Shown: piece after piece, positions 1-8,054 of the stretch
Layout: every line of letters starts with the position of its first letter
How positions within the stretch are numbered: the first letter of the stretch is position 1
Source: Candidatus Poribacteria bacterium
Lineage (GTDB): Bacteria; Poribacteria; WGA-4E; UBA9662
Assembly: GCA_046582655.1 (NCBI GenBank)
Contig: JAYGDX010000019.1
Location: forward strand, 1-23,909
Direction: 5' to 3'
DNA length: 23,909 nucleotides
Program-made: the position numbers and the translations under genes
Notes under the pieces: generated by a model
Told to the model about the DNA's origin: nothing
The model's input: only the letters and a program-made list of their open reading frames with translations
Database searches by the model: none

Positions 1-891
1 CATGTAGAGACGACGGCCAAACTCGGTCATTACCACAACGCTCACAGTTTCCATCCACTTCCTCCCTAGGTCACGGTAGAATGCCTGAAGCCCTTGCGAA
101 AGTTCCGGTATAAGCTGATCCATCAGCATGTCCTGTGCCCAATGCGAATCCCACCCATTCAGGTCTACCGAGGCCACATCCAATCCCACCTTGGCCTTGA
201 TGAGTTGGGCAACTTGGCTCAGGCCGCGAGAGAAAGGATGGTCACCGTACTCGGCGCCATTCTCAGGCTGATAGGACTTTCGGTCAAGTTTCTCTATGCG
301 CCTTACAGCTTTGATCGTGTCCATGCCAGCGCTCTGCAAGGCTACGTCTTTCCCCCAACGACTATAGAGGGATTCCAATTGTTCGATGAATTGGCCTATG
401 TTGCTACCCAATGAGAAATCATCCAGTGATTGCAGTGCTGTAGCCGACGGCGCGCCGCGTAAGCACTCAGGCATTGATTTACCGAAAGCCACAGCAGACA
501 ACGGTCCGACCCTTATTCCAGGTCGAGCACGAAGAAATCGTCCCAGCCAGCCACCGGGGGTGTTTACTCCACCATGTTCCATCAAATCCTGCGCCTCGAA
601 ATGCGAGCGGGTTGAATCCTCCGAGCCCACACAGTGAATCACAGCCAGATCGCCATTGCTATAAGGCTCGGTCAAACCTGCAAGGAGTGGATGCAGACCA
701 AACCGTTTTTCACCTTCCAATCTTACAACGGTATTCTCATTAACAGCAATCACAGGGCGTTTACGCCAGTAATCACTATCTCCAATTGGGGGAACGAGTG
801 TCAGTCCATCAGTACCACCGCGCAAAAAGACCACCACCAACGTTCGTGGGTTGTCGTCATTACCCGTTATGTTTCCCCATACTTGGTTCAT
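1..891 (-). CDS. DUF1501 family protein (3' end runs off the left edge)
   Basis: Manual translation from the ATG at 891 is open to base 1: MNQVWG...LVVVFLRGGTDGL...GLHP...RSHFEAQD...GGWLGR...DLNGWDSH...VVVMTEFGRR. These are typical DUF1501 motifs, and the gene lies directly downstream of DUF1800. It is missing from the ORF track because its stop is outside the window. Confidence 0.9.
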   Translation of the reverse strand, partial: MNQVWGNITGNDDNPRTLVVVFLRGGTDGLTLVPPIGDSDYWRKRPVIAVNENTVVRLEGEKRFGLHPLLAGLTEPYSNGDLAVIHCVGSEDSTRSHFEAQDLMEHGGVNTPGGWLGRFLRARPGIRVGPLSAVAFGKSMPECLRGAPSATALQSLDDFSLGSNIGQFIEQLESLYSRWGKDVALQSAGMDTIKAVRRIEKLDRKSYQPENGAEYGDHPFSRGLSQVAQLIKAKVGLDVASVDLNGWDSHWAQDMLMDQLIPELSQGLQAFYRDLGRKWMETVSVVVMTEFGRRLYM

Positions 892-894
892 AGT

Positions 895-2466
895 TCAACA
901 CATCTGAAATACGGGGCTAACCAGCAACAATGCCAACCCATTTCCTGATTCACCATAACTTTCTTGTTCGGCATCGGTGGCCCTTCTACCCAGGAAATGG
1001 GCGATCAGTTAATCTGCCCCACCCACATTTTCTTCTTGCAGTTACTGTTTATCTGTTTTGATGCTCTCGATTTCGTTTTGACTTAATTTCAAGGCGAAAT
1101 CCCAGCACCAAAGCAAGGTGCACAACCAAGGTGAAATCTCTTGCGGATAACCATCGGGTGTTGGATATTGAAAAGGGGCATCCCCCATTCTTAGGAGATA
1201 TTTTCCGAGAGGATGGCGATCCAGATGCCAAGAGTCATTAGTCTGGTTGATGGTGGCACCAGTCGCTCTTAAGGACGAGACCAGAAAATTAAAAGGACGT
1301 TTGAACTTATTACCTCTGTTATCTTGAAACTGATCGGTCTGGAACAGTGTGTGCAAGATGCGACAGATATCTCCTCCGGATCTTTGGAAACTGACGGCTA
1401 CCGTGCTGACTGCATCCTGTGGAGGTTCATCCGCAATAAATCTTATACACAATTTCGTGGCGATATGTTTGGCAGTCGATGGGTGCAGACTGACAATATC
1501 CAATACTCGGTCGAGATCCCCTTTTCCCAGTCCAGCTGGTACTACCCAGTCTAGAATCTTCTTTTCTCCATCGTCGTGCAAATCTTTCCTAAACCCAACC
1601 TTACCGATATTAGAAGCATAAAAATTTCCGGATTTCCTGCCTTGAACTCTCCAACCGGTTAGACGCCGCGCCACTTGCTCCACGTCATCCTGTGTGTAAC
1701 CACCATGAACACCAAGAGTGTGAAGTTCAAACAGTTCGCGGGTATAGTTCTCGTTGGGCCTATCCTCCTGATTTTCTTTGACGTTCTTTCGACCGTCCAG
1801 ATACCAGAGCATGGCGGGGCTGAGAGCCGATGTACGTAGCAACTCAGGGAATTTTCCCAACGCGTGCTTTCGAATCACTTTCCGATCGTCCCAAACCTTG
1901 AGCCACCTGCAATCACCTTTGGATTGATCAATATTGAAATGGTCCGTCCAGAACTGAATCATCACTTCTTGCAGTTGTCGCTCGGACAGGATAGGTCACA
2001 TAAGGGTAGCGCAAGTCAGTTCTGTCAGCAGCAGTTTTTCCTGATACTCGAAGAGTTCGCCGCGAGGTAGGGCAAGAGTTCCAAAACATCGCAGATAGAA
2101 ATCACAAAGAGAATCATCGATTTCGTCTGGCTGAAGCTGTTCTTTGATGTACGCTTCGATGGCCTCTTTGGTTGTTTCGCCTAGCGAGGAAACATGTTCA
2201 TAATCGCTGAGCTTTCGCTCATTATTTTTCTGAAAAAACTGTTTCTAGATTTCGGCAGACGGTCGCGGACCAAAGGTAAGACGATTCAGGTGATGGCTAG
2301 TCAAATCTATTGATTCAGAACCAGGCGGAAAAAAGGAACTACCTACTTGGTGTGGACCACCGGTGTAGGGCCACAGTTGCTCCGAAATCTTGGAGTCGCA
2401 ACCTACCGATGTCGCCAGCGCCGTACTACCGCTCAACTGCAGGAATTGCCGACGAGAAAATTTCAT
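895..2466 (-). pseudogene. DUF1800 family Tat-lipoprotein, interrupted by four in-frame stops
   Basis: One frame of 524 codons: MKFSRRQFL...SVGC, LNRLTFGPRP, SERQLQEVMIQFWTDHFN, PAMLWYLD, PNENYTRELFELHTLG, C-terminal LLLVSPVFQMC-stop. Internal stops at 2245-2247 (TAG), 1996-1998 (TGA), 1042-1044 (TAA) and 1009-1011 (TAA). Track ORFs 2245..2466 and 1042..1965 are pieces of it. Confidence 0.88.
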
Positions 2467-3005
2467 GAGGTCAAAGAGTGTTCCTTTAGTTTTTCACTCT
2501 CATCGGAATCGGCTAAGGCAGAATTAACCGACGAGGCCGTGCTGAAAAATGAGAGAACCATGGTGCCGCAACCACTGACGCCGGACCAGACCATGATTAA
2601 CCAGCCCGGTCCCGGTAACAGGAAAACGAAGGCCAGCACAATACCTGCCCGCAGAGTCCTTCGCCAAGGCTGGGTTTCGTCGGCTGGTGATGGCATTCCC
2701 ATCCCAACGAGCTGACACAGACCAGATGAACCGAGAAGGCCAAAAAGGACGAAAATACAAAGCAACAATATGATAATTGGATCACTCGAGTTGCCAACGA
2801 TAGATTTCGTTACTGTCCCAATGGTACCCCCAACTGCCACCACTACTAATCCCAATAGTGTAAGAATTATTGGCTTTTTATACCTTTGTCGTACCCTGAT
2901 CACAAATGCAGGGAACAGGGCCTCCGTTGCTAACCAGTAGCATATGATGATGCCGAACACACCAGTAATAAGGAGTACTATCTTCAGCACATCCGCCATA
3001 ATCAT
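2463..3005 (-). CDS. Hypothetical integral membrane protein
   Basis: 180-aa ORF with several hydrophobic segments. Its TGA overlaps the DUF1800 ATG (ATGA), suggesting translational coupling. Confidence 0.75.
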   Translation of the reverse strand: MIMADVLKIVLLITGVFGIIICYWLATEALFPAFVIRVRQRYKKPIILTLLGLVVVAVGGTIGTVTKSIVGNSSDPIIILLLCIFVLFGLLGSSGLCQLVGMGMPSPADETQPWRRTLRAGIVLAFVFLLPGPGWLIMVWSGVSGCGTMVLSFFSTASSVNSALADSDESEKLKEHSLTS

Positions 3006-3126
3006 AATTTTAGTCCCTATGATTCAACGATCACTGAATATCGGTGGATCATCTTTATTCAATAATATTAGACGAAGACAAAAAATTTAAGATTATAGCC
3101 CTTTAAGATTATTTTGTTTGGTTTAC

Positions 3127-3154
3127 TTGACTTATTTTGGAACCCCCTTATGAT
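3127..3154 (+). promoter_or_regulatory. Putative sigma70 promoter
   Basis: TTGACT (3127-3132), 16-bp spacer, TATGAT (3149-3154), in an AT-rich divergent spacer. Confidence 0.4.
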
Positions 3155-3182
3155 ACGCGAATTTCTATTCGGAAGTTTTTAA

Positions 3183-3555
3183 GAATTGGTGCTTTATATA
3201 CCCTTCGAGTAAGAGCAGTGGAGATAAAGTGGAGGACGCCGGTTCACTCAAACTCAAAGGTAAAGTTCTTGGCAAACCCGTATGGATAAAAGGGGAATTT
3301 GGAGAAGCTTATAGAACTTGAAGGTCCCGCAGGACAATAATAATGTGGACTTTGGTTATAAGAAAAAACTGGAATCTGATAAAGAGTTAAACGGTTATGA
3401 CATGAATTTTTGTTAAGGACTGGAGATCTCTGCTACACAGCTAAATCTAGAGGTTCGGTGTCCACAGTGGCTGTGGCGAACGGATGCAGCATGGCTTATT
3501 CTAGGGAAACGACCTCAAGATTTGGCTTGAAGGGAAAGAGGAAAAGGCTAATGTC
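3183..3555 (+). pseudogene. Degraded LamG/ConA-like domain gene remnant
   Basis: Read across frameshifts and stops: ELVLYIPFE* / SSGDKVEDAGSLKLKGKVLGKPVWIKGEFGEA / VDFGYKKKLESDKEL / TVMT*IFVKDW / GNDLKIWLEGKE. This matches the LVLY.PFDE..G..V.D...G....W..GKFG.AL pattern of LamG-like proteins. Confidence 0.65.
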
Positions 3556-3866
3556 GTCGCTACAAAGCTACCAATGATGCGGTTAAAAAGAAACGAATCT
3601 TTGCAGTACTCTTAGTTCTATTATATTTCTCGACATGCTTATCAAAGCAGTTAGATAAATTATGTTCCATGTGATATTATGCCGTGATGATCTTTTGAAT
3701 GTGTCAAATTCCTCTATAAGTCGTGGACTTAGTTTGTTGTTCCAACGTTTGTCAGTAATTGAGGATCAAAAAAATAGATTGCGGACACAGAACATTATGC
3801 TGGGTTTCGAATTGGAGGGTCGCAACTGGCAACTACCAATTGCTAGCACAATGAAATTGCAAACCG

Positions 3867-5363
3867 ATGGATAAAAAAACCAACATTGTGATTATCATGA
3901 CTGATCAACAACGTGCCGATGTTTCCGCACGGGAAGGATTCCCTCTTGATACCACTCCGTTCTTGGATCACCTAGCTAGACAAGGAACCTGGTTCCATCG
4001 TGCTTATACATCTATGCCGGCCTGCGCACCAGCACGCGTCAGTATGCTAACCGGTCGTTATCCCAGCGCAACGCAGGTTCGAACTAATCACAACATTGCA
4101 GACGCTTTTTATGATCAAGATCTATTTGACGTCATGCATCAGCATGGGTACGCTACTGCCTTATGCGGTAAAAACCATTCGCACTTAACTGCTAATCGGG
4201 TCAACTACTGGTTGCATTTGGGACATGGTGGTGGCTCAAGCCAAAATCGCACGGAAGAGGAAAAGGCATTTGATCAATATTTACAGGATCTTAATCACCG
4301 GGCGGCTTTCACTCCAACGCCGTTTCCGTTGGAGTGTCAGTGTCCTTATCGAGCCGTTTCAGCTGCCCAACAGTGGATTGACACCTTAAACGCTCAACCC
4401 TTTTTTCTATGGTTATCTTTTCCAGAACCGCATAATCCTTATCAGGTACCGGAACCGTATTTCTCCGCCTTTCCGCTGGAATCCTTGCCATCCACACAAT
4501 CTAATGCTGAACATTTGGAAAGCAAAGGATTCAAGTTTCAGTGGACGAGACATATCGGCCAACTCGGTTTCTACGATTACGAAGAACAACTGCCTAGAGC
4601 ACGTGCTAACTATCTAGGTATGCTACGGATGATCGATGATCAGGTCAAACGATTGGTAGAATTTCTGCAAGATAAAGGATTGTTAGAAAACACGTTGTTG
4701 GTGTTCTTGTCTGATCACGGCGATTTCGTAGGTGAATATGGTCTGGTACGCAAAGGACCGGAATTGCCCGAAGTACTAACCCGAATTCCACTCTTCTTTT
4801 ATGGCCCCGGTATTCAAGCCAAGGTGGATCCACATCCGGCGCATGTTTCGATTGTTGATATTTTTCCCACACTCTGTCAGATGATCGGTGTTGGTCTGCC
4901 GGACGGAGTACAGGGACGTAGTTTATGGTCGCTGTTGACCGGCGCGGATTATCCTAAGTCAGAATTTGAGAGTGTTTACGCCGAACACGGATTCGGTGGT
5001 CTGCACTATACAGCCGATGAATCACTAGATCCTGAGCAAGATGGGTTACAAAAAGGTGTCCGTTTTGATTGTCTGAACAGCTGGACACAAAGTGGAACCA
5101 TGCGGATGATACGCCGGGGAGATTGGAAATTAATCTTTGATATGCAGGGCAATGGACAACTGTATCATCTGTCTGAAGATCCAGTGGAGTTGAATAATCT
5201 GTACAATCGACCCCAATACGCTACCATTCAACAAGAACTGCTGGCCGAACTGCTGGCAGCAGAACTTCGGGCTCAGGATCCGTTGCCGCTACCGAGAAGA
5301 CGGTATCGGATCAAAACCGATGAAAGCAATTACTGGACACCGTATCGCCATTCCAAAGGATGA
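3867..5363 (+). CDS. Cys-type formylglycine-dependent sulfatase (family S1)
   Basis: NIVIIMTDQQR, CAPARVSMLTG (CxPxR), GKNH, PEPHNP, SDHGD. No signal peptide visible. Confidence 0.95.
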   Translation: MDKKTNIVIIMTDQQRADVSAREGFPLDTTPFLDHLARQGTWFHRAYTSMPACAPARVSMLTGRYPSATQVRTNHNIADAFYDQDLFDVMHQHGYATALCGKNHSHLTANRVNYWLHLGHGGGSSQNRTEEEKAFDQYLQDLNHRAAFTPTPFPLECQCPYRAVSAAQQWIDTLNAQPFFLWLSFPEPHNPYQVPEPYFSAFPLESLPSTQSNAEHLESKGFKFQWTRHIGQLGFYDYEEQLPRARANYLGMLRMIDDQVKRLVEFLQDKGLLENTLLVFLSDHGDFVGEYGLVRKGPELPEVLTRIPLFFYGPGIQAKVDPHPAHVSIVDIFPTLCQMIGVGLPDGVQGRSLWSLLTGADYPKSEFESVYAEHGFGGLHYTADESLDPEQDGLQKGVRFDCLNSWTQSGTMRMIRRGDWKLIFDMQGNGQLYHLSEDPVELNNLYNRPQYATIQQELLAELLAAELRAQDPLPLPRRRYRIKTDESNYWTPYRHSKG

Positions 5364-5519
5364 CTGGCTTCTTGTCTAGGAAAACCAAGCTCCAAATCCT
5401 AGTCATGATGGATTTCAGGGCACTCAAAAAAAGTGACATACTTAACCACTTGGGCATGGGGATCTTAGGCTTGAAAACAATTTAGAGTGTCTGCAAATAC
5501 ATTGACAAAATTGAAGGAC

Positions 5520-6893
5520 ATGATGAAAAAACCGAATATCGTTTTTGTCTTTGGCGATCAGTGGCGGGCACAAGCAACTGGCTACGCCGGCAATCCTGTG
5601 GTTAAAACTCCACATTTAGATCAATTGGCTTTGGAAAGTATAAACTTGAATCAAGCTACATCTGGATATCCTGTTTGTTCTCCGGCACGGGCAAGTTTGC
5701 TGACTGGACAGTTTCCTTTAACACATGGAGTCTTTGTTAATGATGTCCATCTGAGGAGCAATGCTATTAGTATTTCCCAAGCCTTCAAAAAAGGTGGTTA
5801 TCAAACATCTTATATCGGCAAATGGCATGTAGATGGTCATGGACGCAGCAACTATATTCCGCCAGAACGGCGGCAAGGGTTCGAATACTGGAAAGTACTG
5901 GAGTGTACGCACAACTACAACCAATCGGCCTATTATGCTGGTAATTCTGATCAGAAATTGTTTTGGGATGAATATGATGCCATCGCCCAAACCAAGGATG
6001 CCGAAAATTACATCCGGCAGAATCGTGACTCGGATCAGCCTTTTTTTTTGATGATGTCTTGGGGTGGGCCACACGCACCTTATAAAACAGCACCGGAAGC
6101 CTATCGGGCGCTCTATCAGTCGGAAAATATTCAACTCCGACCTAACGTACCAGCAGAGATGGCCGAACAGGCTCGGGAAGATATTGCGGGATACTATGCC
6201 CATTGTACAGTGTTGGACGACTGCATGGGAAGTCTGTTAGCAACTCTTGAGGCTGAGAGCCTCAAAGAGGACACCATAGTTGTTTTTACCTCTGATCATG
6301 GCGACATGTTGGGATCACAGGGGTTAACCAAAAAACAGAAACCTTGGGAAGAATCTGTCCGTATTCCCTTTTTACTGCGTTATCCGGCACTCTTTGCCTC
6401 AGAGGGGCGACAGGTTTCAGATGCCATGATTGGTATGCAGGATATGATGCCTACACTGTTGGGACTGTCGCAACTGCCGATTCCGGAGGAGGTGGAAGGT
6501 ATCGATTACTCCGGTTTCTTACAAGGAGGTGAAAATCCTTCGGATAGTACAGCGCTTCTGGCCTGCTATCACCCGTTTGGTCAATGGAAATCCGGTATGG
6601 ATGGTGGGCCTTATGGGTTTACTGGTCGAGAATTCCGTGGTATTCGTACCAGTCGCTATACCTATGTACGCTCGTTACAAGGTCCTTGGTTACTCTATGA
6701 TAACCTAAACGATCCTTACCAGTTAAATAATCTAGTGGACCTACCTCAACATTCATCACTGCGAAATGATCTGGATCAAAAATTACAACAGAAGCTCGAC
6801 CAAAGAAATGACCAGTTTCTTTCAGGTATGGAATATATCAACATTTGGGGATATACTGTCGACGAAAGAGGAACAGTGCCCTACCAAGACTAA
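5520..6893 (+). CDS. Cys-type formylglycine-dependent sulfatase (family S1)
   Basis: KPNIVFVFGDQWR, CSPARASLLTG, GKWH, PHAPY, SDHGD. Start moved from the GTG at 5487 to the ATG at 5520 (or 5523), which follows GAAGGA and precedes the KPNI motif. Confidence 0.95.
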   Translation: MMKKPNIVFVFGDQWRAQATGYAGNPVVKTPHLDQLALESINLNQATSGYPVCSPARASLLTGQFPLTHGVFVNDVHLRSNAISISQAFKKGGYQTSYIGKWHVDGHGRSNYIPPERRQGFEYWKVLECTHNYNQSAYYAGNSDQKLFWDEYDAIAQTKDAENYIRQNRDSDQPFFLMMSWGGPHAPYKTAPEAYRALYQSENIQLRPNVPAEMAEQAREDIAGYYAHCTVLDDCMGSLLATLEAESLKEDTIVVFTSDHGDMLGSQGLTKKQKPWEESVRIPFLLRYPALFASEGRQVSDAMIGMQDMMPTLLGLSQLPIPEEVEGIDYSGFLQGGENPSDSTALLACYHPFGQWKSGMDGGPYGFTGREFRGIRTSRYTYVRSLQGPWLLYDNLNDPYQLNNLVDLPQHSSLRNDLDQKLQQKLDQRNDQFLSGMEYINIWGYTVDERGTVPYQD

Positions 6894-7059
6894 AATGGTT
6901 TATGAATTAGATCCGCTGCTGAAATCAGGCAGCTGTCATTTTCAAGCAGAGTCAAGAAAATTTTCCCCGGACAGATGCCGATTGTGAGCATGCGAGAGAT
7001 CTTTCCATGGGTAGACGGGATGTCTGGTTCAATCACTTATGTTGGAAATTTATGGAAAA

Positions 7060-7197
7060 ATGGATTCTACAACCAGAACTGATTCAGGTAATCAGCAGTT
7101 TGTTGTAGATAACGCTCGATTGTAGGCAGTGTATACTTTTGCTGATCATGTTTTAGCCAAAGGACGTGATCGTTATGGTCAGACACATTGGTCTTGA
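7060..7197 (+). pseudogene. N-terminal remnant of a possible polysaccharide lyase family 2-like gene
   Basis: ATG at 7060: MDSTTRTDSGNQQFVVDNARL*AVYTFADHVLAKGRDRYGQTHWS*, with TAG at 7123-7125. AV..FAD.VL..GRD.YG resembles the N-terminus of PL2-like proteins as I recall them. Confidence 0.35.
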
Positions 7198-7213
7198 CTC
7201 AGGTCTTTATTAA

Positions 7214-7957
7214 ATGAGCACAATAGATGAACAATTAGCTTTTTTCCAGAAGAATGGCTATCTGGTTGTTCCCAATGCCTTATTGGCAGATGAGGTTGGT
7301 TTGATTAATCAGGCTATCGACCGGGATCTGCGCCAGAATAAAGTCATGTGGCAAGAACGTGGAGAATCGGGGAGGCGGCAAAATGTTCATATTTTGCTGG
7401 CTAATCCGGAACTGGATGTTACTATGCGGCTGCCAATTCTATTGCCGCTGATGGAGGCTATTATGGGAAACGACCTTTGCGCCGAGGAACATTCAGTTAT
7501 GATCCGTTCCCCCAACCTCGATGGATCGACTCAATGTCGGTGGCATCGTGACACGAGTGGTTCAACACAACCACCCTATTATACTCGTTACCTATCGGTT
7601 GTTTTCTACCTGACGGATGTGGATGACACAACGCATACTTTCAGTGTACTGCCGGGCACGGCACAATCTAATCAACATCTACCACTGGAAAATTATGACT
7701 TGAGTATGGCGCAACATCTAACTACGCCAAAAGGGACAGCCACCCTCTTTAATGCGGCCATGTTTCATGCCGGTAACATTCGACAAACAAAGGCAGAACG
7801 ACGTACGATTCACATTTATTGCGGTTGCCTAAGTGATCAGTATCTAAGCAATCACACAATTTTCCCTCGACGATTGTGGGAAAACCAAGATGCAGCTACT
7901 CAAAAATATTATAGTCGGCCTAATCCCATTACTAAGTTACTGATTGATCGGTTTTGA
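7214..7957 (+). CDS. Phytanoyl-CoA dioxygenase (PhyH) family 2OG-Fe(II) dioxygenase
   Basis: FFQKNGYLVVPNAL start, WHRD (HxD), YLTDV, VLPGT, distal FHAG and RR. Confidence 0.92.
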   Translation: MSTIDEQLAFFQKNGYLVVPNALLADEVGLINQAIDRDLRQNKVMWQERGESGRRQNVHILLANPELDVTMRLPILLPLMEAIMGNDLCAEEHSVMIRSPNLDGSTQCRWHRDTSGSTQPPYYTRYLSVVFYLTDVDDTTHTFSVLPGTAQSNQHLPLENYDLSMAQHLTTPKGTATLFNAAMFHAGNIRQTKAERRTIHIYCGCLSDQYLSNHTIFPRRLWENQDAATQKYYSRPNPITKLLIDRF

Positions 7958-8024
7958 TCAACACATCTTATTCTGCTTGAGAATGAACAAAACCAACAGA
8001 TCAATACCCCATTCAATACGGAAC

Positions 8025-8054
8025 TCAAGATGACCACAATCAAGATGACCACAA
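8025..8054 (+). repeat. 15-bp perfect tandem duplication over the start codon
   Basis: TCAAGATGACCACAA twice (8025-8039, 8040-8054), giving MTTIK-MTTIL. Confidence 0.95.

Noticed and set aside
94..948. Four plus-strand ORFs in the track
   Set aside because: They are antisense shadows of the DUF1501 gene and the DUF1800 tail.
895..2466. Stop-codon reassignment or readthrough explaining the DUF1800 stops
   Set aside because: All three stop types occur internally, and intact genes in the window end normally at TGA and TAA.
3662..3874. 70-aa ORF overlapping the first sulfatase start
   Set aside because: No recognisable motif or RBS, and no support beyond being open.
7066..7110. Hairpin TCTACAAC...GTTGTAGA resembling a mini-attC or the end of a Cas12a repeat
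   Set aside because: Only about 44 bp, too short for attC. It is a single copy with no spacers or cas genes and lies within a probable coding remnant.
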